In this document: positions 1-8,641 of the stretch, piece by piece
Position numbering within the stretch: position 1 is the first letter of the stretch
Layout: the number at the start of each line of letters is the position of its first letter
IMG/VR virus record: IMGVR_UViG_3300044630_006877
DNA from: an uncultured virus (IMG/VR IMGVR_UViG_3300044630_006877)
Lineage: Duplodnaviria > Heunggongvirae > Uroviricota > Caudoviricetes
Strand: one strand, 5' to 3'
DNA length: 64,000 nucleotides
Translations under genes and position numbers: made by a program
Notes under the pieces: model-generated
Told to the model about the DNA's origin: nothing
Database searches by the model: none
What the model saw: the letters and a program-made list of their open reading frames with translations, nothing else

Positions 1-101
1 ACCCGAGGGTCGATCAGCACGCTCTGGTCTACCGTTGCCGTATACTCCGGAGTCGGAGATTCGAGGGCCGGAGTGATATCGATTTCTTCTGGACTTGTCA
101 T
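1..101 (-). CDS. hypothetical protein, truncated at window edge (MTSPEEIDITPALESPTPEY...)
   Basis: ATG at 101 overlaps the upstream stop (ATGA) and follows a GAGGA RBS; frame is open to position 1; not in the ORF track. Confidence 0.55.
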   Translation of the reverse strand, partial: MTSPEEIDITPALESPTPEYTATVDQSVLIDPR

Positions 102-331
102 GATTCAATCCTCGTTCGTTCATCTGTTTCACCTTTGATTGCCCCACCGGTTAGGGCATTACGCGCATTACGCAAAATGCCTGCCACCAGAGGGCCAATC
201 TCGGGTTGGTATCCACCCCATTGACAAAGGGGCAGTCTTTGCTCGAGCGTCGACAGAAAAGCGTCTGCTGCTGTCCAGCTGGCTATTTCCACGGCGTCCC
301 GAATGTCCTTTGGGAAGTCTTCGATTTTCAT
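98..331 (-). CDS. hypothetical protein (77 aa, MKIEDFPKDIRDAV...)
   Basis: Start re-called at the ATG coupled to the glycosyltransferase stop (TGATG). Confidence 0.65.
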   Translation of the reverse strand: MKIEDFPKDIRDAVEIASWTAADAFLSTLEQRLPLCQWGGYQPEIGPLVAGILRNARNALTGGAIKGETDERTRIES

Positions 332-1368
332 CAGACTTCCTCGTAGTCGTTGCAGTTTTGGCAACAACGAATGCCGTCGCCGTTGTCCGTGAACGGTCGG
401 CATTTTTCATGGAGTTCGCACTTGTAGACAAATTTGAGAGGGCAGTTGCAGCTTGCCGTGTCGATGGGGGTCGTGCTTTTGTGGAAGCAGGGCAAGGTCC
501 GCCTGATATTGCCGACAGAGCGGAAACGCTCCGGAAAAACGCCTTCGTTGGGATTAACAAACTCGGCTTCCGCAAGAACGGTTTTGAGATTGGCCTCGGC
601 AATTCTGGGAGTGAAATGCTCAACGACATCGTTGTAGGGCAGACCGAGTTCGCGGCGACCGACGACATAGTTGAAAATTCTGTCTTCCAGAAACAGGCGA
701 TAGGGAACACCCTTGGGTCGGCCGAACCGGTGCAGCCACGTCATCCAAGGAACACACATCGCTTGACCGCCGAACTTGCGGACCTTGGAATGTATATACC
801 CCTCTTCCCCGCCGAAGCCCCTGAACAGGGTGTTGAAGCCCGGCCATTCTTCCTTGTTCATCATGAACTGACCAAGACCCTGCATGGGGATGGGGAAGGG
901 TTCGCCGAGCTTCACCCTCTCGTCGGTGGCCCAGGTCCCATACATGCTGTCACGCCAGACGGGATCGAAGTGTGTGGCTAGGTTGATGTGATCGTCATAC
1001 ATCAACGGACCCTGATACATGCTTTTCTTGTCGGCGTTGCCGGAACGGATGAATTCTTTTGTCTTGGCCACAACCCCTTGCGTCAACAGGACATGGCTAT
1101 CAATACACATGACCCATTCGCCCTGAGCTTCTTCAAACACAAGCTGCCTGGGCAGGGAAGTGCCGGTTGCATGGCCTCGATGGAGATAGCGCGCCTTGGC
1201 CCATTCCGCCGCGCTCTTGGTGTGGGGACATCCTGCGGGTAGATTGTCCACCACCACCAACTCGACATCAGTTAGATCGTGGTAGGTCCGTAGCGCCTGT
1301 AGGGTGAAATAGACCCCGTCGTAATCGTCGTAGGTCGCCATTCCGATAGTGAGAAGTGGTCCGGCCAT
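331..1368 (-). CDS. GT-A fold glycosyltransferase (GT2/GT27-like) with C-terminal Cys-rich domain
   Basis: N-terminal LTIGMATYDD...ELVVVDN, DxH motif CIDSHV, GFGGEE motif; C-terminal Cys cluster CNC...CELHEKC...CCQNC; AGGAGG RBS before ATG 1368. Confidence 0.85.
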   Translation of the reverse strand: MAGPLLTIGMATYDDYDGVYFTLQALRTYHDLTDVELVVVDNLPAGCPHTKSAAEWAKARYLHRGHATGTSLPRQLVFEEAQGEWVMCIDSHVLLTQGVVAKTKEFIRSGNADKKSMYQGPLMYDDHINLATHFDPVWRDSMYGTWATDERVKLGEPFPIPMQGLGQFMMNKEEWPGFNTLFRGFGGEEGYIHSKVRKFGGQAMCVPWMTWLHRFGRPKGVPYRLFLEDRIFNYVVGRRELGLPYNDVVEHFTPRIAEANLKTVLAEAEFVNPNEGVFPERFRSVGNIRRTLPCFHKSTTPIDTASCNCPLKFVYKCELHEKCRPFTDNGDGIRCCQNCNDYEEV

Positions 1369-1441
1369 AGATTCCTCCTGCGTCATATGGTTTTATGCGT
1401 GGTGGCAGGGGGACGGGTTAGTATGGTAGGAGGATATTGAG

Positions 1442-2164
1442 ATGGCAGCGACGACAGTGATTATTGGCGAACCCCTGACTGGCTTTGGCGGCAATAGCAT
1501 TGTCAGCCAGGTCGAGACTGGGCCGTATCCGTATGTGGTCGTGGAGAACACTTTCGACACCCAGGTTCTTAATGAGGTTTTTTACACACTGCCGCCGTCC
1601 AACTGGTCGAACTGGGCGACCTACAACAACGACTTTGAAAGAAAGCGCACAAGCCGTGATCTGCCTTCGCTGTCGCCGTTCACGCGCAATTTGCTGGAGG
1701 CGATGCAAACCCCATCGTTCGTCAACATTGTCAGTTCCGTCACGGGCATTCCCAATCTGATCTCTGACCCGGGCCTGCATGGCATGGGTATCTATCGCTA
1801 CGACAACGGCGGCTTCCTCGCCCCCCACATGGGTTACGAGCTTCATCCCGTGTTGAATCTGGAACGCCGGGTCAATGTTTTGTTGTTCTTGACGCCAGAA
1901 TGGAACGTCGGTTGGAAGGGGCAGCATTTGCTGTGGGACGATGTCGGCTTCAATGTCATCCGAGAGATTGAGCCGAGACAAGGACGCATGGTTATTTATG
2001 AAAGCCAGGAAAACGGCTGGATGTCCGTCCGTCCAATTGAAACGCCAGGCGGCGAGAACCAATACCTTGCTATGGCGGCGACCACCTATCTCACCCAGCC
2101 ACGGGCCACGGCGACAAGGAAAAGGTCAGTCTTCATTCCCAATCGCGGTTACGAGTTCGCCTAG
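1442..2164 (+). CDS. 2OG-Fe(II) oxygenase family (prolyl-hydroxylase-like), apparently degenerate
   Basis: PYPYVVVEN, DPGLHGMG, GGFLAPH, HPVLNLERRVNVLLFLTPEW resemble the 2OG-FeII_Oxy_3 pattern; AGGAGG RBS. Confidence 0.8.
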   Translation: MAATTVIIGEPLTGFGGNSIVSQVETGPYPYVVVENTFDTQVLNEVFYTLPPSNWSNWATYNNDFERKRTSRDLPSLSPFTRNLLEAMQTPSFVNIVSSVTGIPNLISDPGLHGMGIYRYDNGGFLAPHMGYELHPVLNLERRVNVLLFLTPEWNVGWKGQHLLWDDVGFNVIREIEPRQGRMVIYESQENGWMSVRPIETPGGENQYLAMAATTYLTQPRATATRKRSVFIPNRGYEFA

Positions 2165-2171
2165 AAACGAC

Positions 2172-2200
2172 AAGACCCGCCCCTTGCAACGGGCGGGCCT
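2172..2200 (-). terminator. intrinsic terminator hairpin between convergent genes
   Basis: CCCGCCC(2176-2182)/GGGCGGG(2191-2197) stem, T-rich tail on the minus strand. Confidence 0.65.
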
Positions 2201-2226
2201 CATCGCTGCTTACAGGACGGGTTCTC

Positions 2227-2898
2227 TTAGACGTATTCCAGCTGGACCCATAGCCCAAACTGTTTACTTCCGATCCCGTCCGGACTGGCCGAAAGAGCCA
2301 AGTACCAGTCGTGTCGGGCAGCTGTGGTGTTTGCGCCCGAAGGACGCAGACCAGAGATTCCCGGCGAGGCGGTCAGGGTGACCGGATCTCGCTGCGCTGG
2401 AGTGGCCTGATTAGCCGTAGTGAACATTTCCCACGCCGTAGACCCCGAGCCGGTAGGATTACCGGAATCTTGCACAGTAACGGGGTGAATAATTTCGGCT
2501 AGATAAGTTGTTACACCAGATGCCGGATTAGTCGGAAGGACTCGATCATAAATGTAAGCTTTTACATTCTGCGTCTTGACCGCCGAGTCAGCGGTGAAGC
2601 GCACATTGAGGCTGCTCTGCCAGTTGGGAATGGCTCGCAGGGGGATGGCCGAAGTACCGCGCCCCACCAGCCCGCTTCCCGTGTTGGCGTATTTCACATT
2701 CCAAGCTTCGGGACCCTGATTGGTCCCTGTTGAATTGGTGATGAAGGTCTTGTCCTGAGCGTTACCGACAGGCACGGATTCACCGAACCCACCGCCGTAA
2801 AAACCCAGGCCTGAACCAGCCAGACTGGCAATCTGAAAGGTCGAGAACGTGCCACCGTCCTCAAACTGTCCTGCGTAAAACGAAATCGATGCTGGCAT
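2227..2898 (-). CDS. putative virion structural protein
   Basis: 223 aa, G/S/T-rich, beta-like composition; own GGTGTA box and GGAGG RBS. Confidence 0.55.
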   Translation of the reverse strand: MPASISFYAGQFEDGGTFSTFQIASLAGSGLGFYGGGFGESVPVGNAQDKTFITNSTGTNQGPEAWNVKYANTGSGLVGRGTSAIPLRAIPNWQSSLNVRFTADSAVKTQNVKAYIYDRVLPTNPASGVTTYLAEIIHPVTVQDSGNPTGSGSTAWEMFTTANQATPAQRDPVTLTASPGISGLRPSGANTTAARHDWYLALSASPDGIGSKQFGLWVQLEYV

Positions 2899-2921
2899 AA
2901 TCTAGTACCTCCAGTAGAAAT

Positions 2922-2927
2922 TACACC
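2922..2927 (-). promoter_or_regulatory. putative late-promoter box GGTGTA
   Basis: GGTGTA-N9-GGAGG upstream of ATG 2898. Confidence 0.65.
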
Positions 2928-2928
2928 G

Positions 2929-3285
2929 TCACCATTTGCCGTCTGGGCACTTTTGTTCGTCCCATGAGGCTTTTACGGTCATAACACAGCCACAACCAGA
3001 ACAACGGTTGTCGGGTCGAAGCTTTGGGCAGGCTTTACAAATAGCCATTCTTTTTTGATATGTCTCGCTATCAGATGATTTCATTCCTGTTACAACATGT
3101 TGAGCAGCCGCCGTGATGAGATTGAGTCCTTGCCGTAACAGACCTGGTAAGGGTGGCGGCTGAATCGTCTGGGCGGGCGTCGGCAAAGCAACCCCGTCCC
3201 AATGCGCACGATAAACTGGATCGTTGATATACAGCTTGCAGATAGCGCATTTGCAAATCAATGGGTCGTTGGGGCAGGGTTTCAT
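2929..3285 (-). CDS. Cys-rich protein (DUF6171-like C-terminus)
   Basis: RMAICKACP...RCSGCGC...KASW...CPDGKW motif plus N-terminal Cys cluster. Confidence 0.7.
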   Translation of the reverse strand: MKPCPNDPLICKCAICKLYINDPVYRAHWDGVALPTPAQTIQPPPLPGLLRQGLNLITAAAQHVVTGMKSSDSETYQKRMAICKACPKLRPDNRCSGCGCVMTVKASWDEQKCPDGKW

Positions 3286-5186
3286 GGCGTCACCGTGATC
3301 GGGGGATGGGCAACCCTATACCCAAGCTCGCAGGAATGACAGTTGGTTGACCAAATATTATTGACCCCATAAAGATCCCATAGTCTATATTTAAGTTTGA
3401 CATAAGCTCCATTGACTTTTTCCAAGAAGTAAAAATAAGGGCTGGTTTTTGTGTTGTCGTATCTGGAACTTAATTCAAAACGAGTCACCACCGGAGTAGA
3501 AACCGCATAGTGATATGAATAAGCGCTGGAGCGAGCTGGGCCAGTCACAAACGGATTGCATCGAATCGGTTCGTCTCGTAAATCAAGTGGCCAGTCCTGA
3601 TAGACGACATTGTCGTGCTTGTTTTTGAAATTGGCCGTACCTTGTTCACAAATATAGTAATAATCATATTCTGTGTTGTTGTACCAATTATACCAATAGT
3701 AATAGTATGGGTCGCCTATTTTCCAAGATTGAATAATAGAAGAACGCGGAACTATGTTTCCTTTATCGTCTTTGTAAAAATCCGGTATGACTGGGTTCTG
3801 TGGCTCTGCGTTGTAGTTCCCATCATCAATAAAAAATTCATAGACATAACTAAGATAATATTCTTGTTGTCCTTCGGGTATTCCGAAATCAATCGGCTCA
3901 CTATCTTTGTCAATCTTGTTAATGAGGTAATAGGAAGCGTCTGCGCTACCTAGCGAAAACTTACACTCAAGTAAGTCTTTGGTCGGGTTTACTCCAGAGC
4001 CGGTAAACGGTTCGTTGTAGCGGGCGTGAGCAAACATGTAATAGGTGGAGGCGTCTGCCTGTATTTCTGTGAAATTACCGCAGTTTGTGTAGGTGTAGGG
4101 AATGGGTTGAGTGTTTTCGTAGTCATAGAAGAGCGGAGTGGCCGCAGAAACCTGGGCGCTTTGTGAACCGAGACACTTCGTCACAACTGTGACATTAAGT
4201 GTGCCTGGTAAATTGCCGCCGCACGGCGGCAGAGAATCCTGCTCGTAGGCACACAAATCAAAATAGGTGTGCCCGCCCTTACCCCAGTACTTATCCAGAC
4301 TACGATTGGAATTTTGGTTATAGCCGTTATACCAGCCGTACCAGTAGTTGTAGTTGTAGTAGCCAGTATTTGGAAAAGGCCATTGACAATGGCCTGGCGT
4401 ATACGGTTCTTGATTGGAGCCAGGTAGAATCGCACCGCTTACATACATACCATACCAGTAACCACTCCATCCCCACCAATAATAATAGCCATCGTAGTTG
4501 CTGGAATAATCATATTCCTGAGAGCGAAGTTCGGCGCTTAACTTGCTTTTGGTGGAAACGCATTCTGGAATACCATTCTTGAAACGAATCACTACAAAAT
4601 TGACGTCGACATTCGCTGTCTTAAGAGGGTTCTCGGTGGGCCATTCGTCTAGATTAAACGGCAACGAGGAAAAGTTCAGATCCATGTCATTGTTGTTGGC
4701 TTGGAATGCGCCTTTGCCGATAGGTATGTACTGAGTGGATGAGTCGCCAAGAAACTCTGGTCCGTAATACCACGAGCCAGGAATATTCAATCTAGACATG
4801 GTTGCGACATCATTCAAGCATGGGCAACGCGTGGCGTTTACAAGCGGACCCAACACATCTGGGTTGGTGTAGTAGACCGCCCAGCCGTAATAGTGATTGT
4901 TCCAGTACCACCAGTAGTAATAGTTATTGTTATAGTCGTTGCGTTCAACCAGATGGGGGATCGGCAGATTTTGCCCATTCAGCTTCAAAGACAGGAAGCG
5001 TTCGGGGGATGAAAAATCAAAGTCCGGCAGGTATTTCCCCGTTGTCGAATTGTAAGTGCTGGATTCGCGCGCCCCAAATCGGACAAGAACAACATATTCG
5101 TATTCGCTGCCTGTGGGACTGGAATCACACCCCAGGCATTGGCTTGCACGATTGCAACAACACGGCCATCGCCCTTGACAACTCAT
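3282..5186 (-). CDS. Tyr/Trp- and Cys-rich protein, putative tail-tip/receptor-binding protein
   Basis: 634 aa; N-terminal CCC; repeated YYYWW-like tracts; translationally coupled to the tail-tip gene. Confidence 0.55.
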   Translation of the reverse strand: MSCQGRWPCCCNRASQCLGCDSSPTGSEYEYVVLVRFGARESSTYNSTTGKYLPDFDFSSPERFLSLKLNGQNLPIPHLVERNDYNNNYYYWWYWNNHYYGWAVYYTNPDVLGPLVNATRCPCLNDVATMSRLNIPGSWYYGPEFLGDSSTQYIPIGKGAFQANNNDMDLNFSSLPFNLDEWPTENPLKTANVDVNFVVIRFKNGIPECVSTKSKLSAELRSQEYDYSSNYDGYYYWWGWSGYWYGMYVSGAILPGSNQEPYTPGHCQWPFPNTGYYNYNYWYGWYNGYNQNSNRSLDKYWGKGGHTYFDLCAYEQDSLPPCGGNLPGTLNVTVVTKCLGSQSAQVSAATPLFYDYENTQPIPYTYTNCGNFTEIQADASTYYMFAHARYNEPFTGSGVNPTKDLLECKFSLGSADASYYLINKIDKDSEPIDFGIPEGQQEYYLSYVYEFFIDDGNYNAEPQNPVIPDFYKDDKGNIVPRSSIIQSWKIGDPYYYYWYNWYNNTEYDYYYICEQGTANFKNKHDNVVYQDWPLDLRDEPIRCNPFVTGPARSSAYSYHYAVSTPVVTRFELSSRYDNTKTSPYFYFLEKVNGAYVKLKYRLWDLYGVNNIWSTNCHSCELGYRVAHPPITVTP

Positions 5187-8100
5187 TAGCAGTCCGCCGA
5201 AACAACAACATAACTACTGCCATATTCCGCCACAATGACTTTAGCCCCAGACGAGATAGGCGTGGATAAATAATTATATACTGATTTGACTCCGCGGTTG
5301 AACAGGTTGGCATTGCCGCTAGAACCGCCGTAGATAAATCCGAGGGCGTTGCCCAGATAAACCTGACTACCACCGCTTGTCTGATACCATTTCTGTTCGT
5401 TCGGGACATAGGTCGCCAGAGTGAATCCCTGGGAGATGGTGCTGCCGACAGAACTGGAATAAACCTGGATGGCCTTGGTGGTTGTCACGCCGTTGATGAT
5501 GACATAGCCAGATGCAGGATTACCCTCCAAGAAAATGTAAACTCTGGTGATTCCAACGCCCGTCCAAACCTTGCGGATGTCATCCCAGAACAAGTCGGTT
5601 GGGCCTGCCCTGTTAAGATCCGATCTGTAGCCTTGCGTGCCGCCAGCTTGAGTCAAGGAGCCGGGATTGTAGATATCTTGCCCGTAACCAACAACCATCA
5701 GTGGGCCGCGCAGGCCAACGCTTCTGGCCTCAAAGGCGCCCGCACCAGCCCCGGCATTCCAATTGTTCATCTCGCAAGGTTGGCCATTCGCCTGCTGATA
5801 GGTGACGATGGAAATATCCGTCTGGCCAGGATAAGCGATCGGTGTCAGATTGGTCGCGTTGGCACCCGCAAGATTCACAGGCAATTCTGCCTTTGGCAGC
5901 AAAGATGTTCCGTCTGGAAGAGTCCTGTACGAAATCCCATACTGAGAACTGGATATGCCCCCGTTGTATGTCGGCGCACGGTATGGTCTGAACAAGGCGT
6001 CTTGGCTGGTGATCGCCCTATTGGCAAATGCCGCGGGGTCACCCGCTTCGGTATTGGCCATCAATTCGTGCAGGGGTGCCGATTTCACATCCAGACGGAC
6101 GGCGTTGTTGGACGGGCTAGCAAAGCCAGCGATGCATTCGTGTGGCGTTTGAACCCGATGAAACTTGTCGAACGCCCCAGCCGTCATCGACAGAGCGAAA
6201 GCGCCCGCACCCGCCCTCGCCGACCCTTGTCTGACCTTCGCTTGGTCAATAGCCATCTTGGAAAGGTTTCTGCGAAGCTGGAGACCCAACTGTCCCGCCT
6301 TCCGCACCCGGTCAATGGTTTGTCTTGGGATCACACCAAAGCGTGGGCTGTAGTTTTGGAACGCATAGGTGGAAGTCACACCGCTTGTGCCCAGAGAGAT
6401 CTCAATCGAAGTCACGGCTGGGCCATTGGCCTGGAGAGCTTGTCCCAACGATACCTTCGGATAGTCTGGTTGCGTGATCCGCCCATGCTCTGTCAAGGCT
6501 AGCTGGCTAGAGCCATCAAAAAGTCTGGCGATGGCGACGCGGTTCATCACGACTTCAGAACCGTAATTGCTCGGCACCAACTCACCGTCAACTTCGACCT
6601 TCACCCTTCCTGGCACACCCGAGTAAACCCAGTAGGGACCATAGGTGATGCGATTGCTTTTCAGCGGCACAACAAAGAAGGATGGAGAAATGGGGGGCGG
6701 ATGAATACGCGTTTTTGAAGACTCTGCGTTTGTCTGGTACAGATCCGCTGGAGTTCCCAGAACCCTGCTGATGATGCTGTGATTGCCGGATGGGTCAAAC
6801 GCCTTGGAGAAAATTGGATTCTGAATGGTCATCCGTGCCAGAGGCCCGCCCATGTAGGCTATGCCCGGTCCCGACAGAACATAACCAATGTATGGGCTAC
6901 TGCTATAAGGAGTTACAACCGAAGGATAGTACATTTCCTCAATCTTGTCACCGATGGAGCACTTGACATAGGCGCCTACCACATCCATCAAGACATCCTG
7001 CGGGTTGTCTATGTAGGCGCCAGCCTGGATCAGTCTCTGGTAGTTGTAGACCACAAAAGGCTCAAAGCGGCTTTGCTCGTCTGAAAGATAAAAGTGGGTC
7101 GGTGTTAAGGTGGTCAAGCCGAATGGCGCAAAAAGAGGGTTGGGATTGATCGGCGGCGGGGTGACCTCCATGAATGCGCTGCGAGTGATATCAAACTCAT
7201 AGCGAATATTCGGACGGAGATCTTCCTTGAAGGGGACTTTTTGATCAAGCGTCGACGCAGAAACGCCAAGGCTGACGATGAATTCTTTGCCAAGGTGCTG
7301 ATTGGCGACCCCGGACAGCCAGCTGTGGAACCTTCTTCTGCCTTCGGATCGATCGTATGTTGCTTCCAAAGCGCGGGCGAGTATGGCCTGTGGATTGGTC
7401 TGAGTCATGCTTCCTGTGTTGACGCCAGCAAGAAGCACCTGATTGGAGCGATTGCTTTGAAAGCCGGTCATGGCGAAAAATATATCTGGTCGGTATTTTT
7501 CGATGAACTCCATCCAGGAATCGATCCCGGCCATGGCGAATTGCAGTTCGAGCGTTGAACAAAAGTAATAGGCAGATCCGATGACATCCTCAACGCCTTG
7601 CGCGTAAAGGTTCATCATTTCGCACGGATAAGAAATGGGGCCTTCGCCGGGCAGTTTCGGGGCGAGGATGACCACCCCGGGTTGGCCAAGAATTGGATTC
7701 TTGTTTGCGTCATACCCCCAGAAGGAAGCATAGTCCAGTTTGCTGAACATCCCCTCGTAGGGGCCGCCAATCAACATTGAGGCTGTCTGATGGCCCTGCG
7801 CCATTTCAATGCCGTGTTCAATGGAAGTAGCGTTGGAGCCAGGCTGATTGACAATGGCCCCGATGGTTCCTAACGCCGGAGCCAGCTTGCGGCTGATCGT
7901 CCTGATCTTGATCGTGTAGCCGATCAACTCAACGACAAAATCAAACCCAGCGTCCTGACAAATTTTATTAATAACATCGTACAGGCTGACGACAGCGTTG
8001 CCTTCGATCCGATAGTACGGATCAGGGATGGGAAGTTCGCTCAAGTCCAGCGAATAATAAACGCCATTCGGGAACTCTGGTGTCGGAATACCCCACCGCA

Positions 8101-8641
8101 TGGGGCCACCATAGGGCGTGATTAGCGGCTGATTGCAAATGAACAGGAGGGCCTTAAAGAAGGTGATCCATGGCATGCCGATTTCATCAGAACCGGAAAA
8201 ACCAAATCCGCCAAGGCCATTGCTGTCGTCTTCCCAAAAACCGTAGGCGTTGATGACATTGGTGATGCCAATCGGTATGGGTCCGACATATTGACCGATG
8301 ATGACCTGGGTGGCCTGGAGAATTTCGCGAGGATCGACAAGAACAATATCGTAGGAGATACCGCTGGTTGATTTTTTCTTCGTTACTTTGGATAAGATGC
8401 CGCCGAAGTAAAATCCACCCAGAAGAAAACGCATCGGGTGGCCGACTTGGCACGGAAAATCGTTGTAGAGATAGTCAAAGTCGCCCGTCTCTTTGACGAG
8501 GCTCAGATTCATGGAGCTACCGTTGTCGCCCCAGGAAACATTGCTGCTCGCCTGCTGGACATAAAAGCCCAACAGGGTGCGGTCGTTTGACCCGTAGGTT
8601 ACCTGCGGTAACACATACCGATAATCACTTTCCGTAGGCAT
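5186..8641 (-). CDS. putative tail tip / baseplate hub protein
   Basis: 1151 aa, third gene after the TMP; hub-like N-terminus (SLYDVINKICQDAGFDFVV). Confidence 0.6.
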   Translation of the reverse strand: MPTESDYRYVLPQVTYGSNDRTLLGFYVQQASSNVSWGDNGSSMNLSLVKETGDFDYLYNDFPCQVGHPMRFLLGGFYFGGILSKVTKKKSTSGISYDIVLVDPREILQATQVIIGQYVGPIPIGITNVINAYGFWEDDSNGLGGFGFSGSDEIGMPWITFFKALLFICNQPLITPYGGPMRWGIPTPEFPNGVYYSLDLSELPIPDPYYRIEGNAVVSLYDVINKICQDAGFDFVVELIGYTIKIRTISRKLAPALGTIGAIVNQPGSNATSIEHGIEMAQGHQTASMLIGGPYEGMFSKLDYASFWGYDANKNPILGQPGVVILAPKLPGEGPISYPCEMMNLYAQGVEDVIGSAYYFCSTLELQFAMAGIDSWMEFIEKYRPDIFFAMTGFQSNRSNQVLLAGVNTGSMTQTNPQAILARALEATYDRSEGRRRFHSWLSGVANQHLGKEFIVSLGVSASTLDQKVPFKEDLRPNIRYEFDITRSAFMEVTPPPINPNPLFAPFGLTTLTPTHFYLSDEQSRFEPFVVYNYQRLIQAGAYIDNPQDVLMDVVGAYVKCSIGDKIEEMYYPSVVTPYSSSPYIGYVLSGPGIAYMGGPLARMTIQNPIFSKAFDPSGNHSIISRVLGTPADLYQTNAESSKTRIHPPPISPSFFVVPLKSNRITYGPYWVYSGVPGRVKVEVDGELVPSNYGSEVVMNRVAIARLFDGSSQLALTEHGRITQPDYPKVSLGQALQANGPAVTSIEISLGTSGVTSTYAFQNYSPRFGVIPRQTIDRVRKAGQLGLQLRRNLSKMAIDQAKVRQGSARAGAGAFALSMTAGAFDKFHRVQTPHECIAGFASPSNNAVRLDVKSAPLHELMANTEAGDPAAFANRAITSQDALFRPYRAPTYNGGISSSQYGISYRTLPDGTSLLPKAELPVNLAGANATNLTPIAYPGQTDISIVTYQQANGQPCEMNNWNAGAGAGAFEARSVGLRGPLMVVGYGQDIYNPGSLTQAGGTQGYRSDLNRAGPTDLFWDDIRKVWTGVGITRVYIFLEGNPASGYVIINGVTTTKAIQVYSSSVGSTISQGFTLATYVPNEQKWYQTSGGSQVYLGNALGFIYGGSSGNANLFNRGVKSVYNYLSTPISSGAKVIVAEYGSSYVVVSADC

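Noticed and set aside
3282..5186. Possible diversity-generating retroelement target (Asn/Tyr-rich tracts)
   Set aside because: No reverse transcriptase and no template/variable repeat pair differing at adenines seen in this window.
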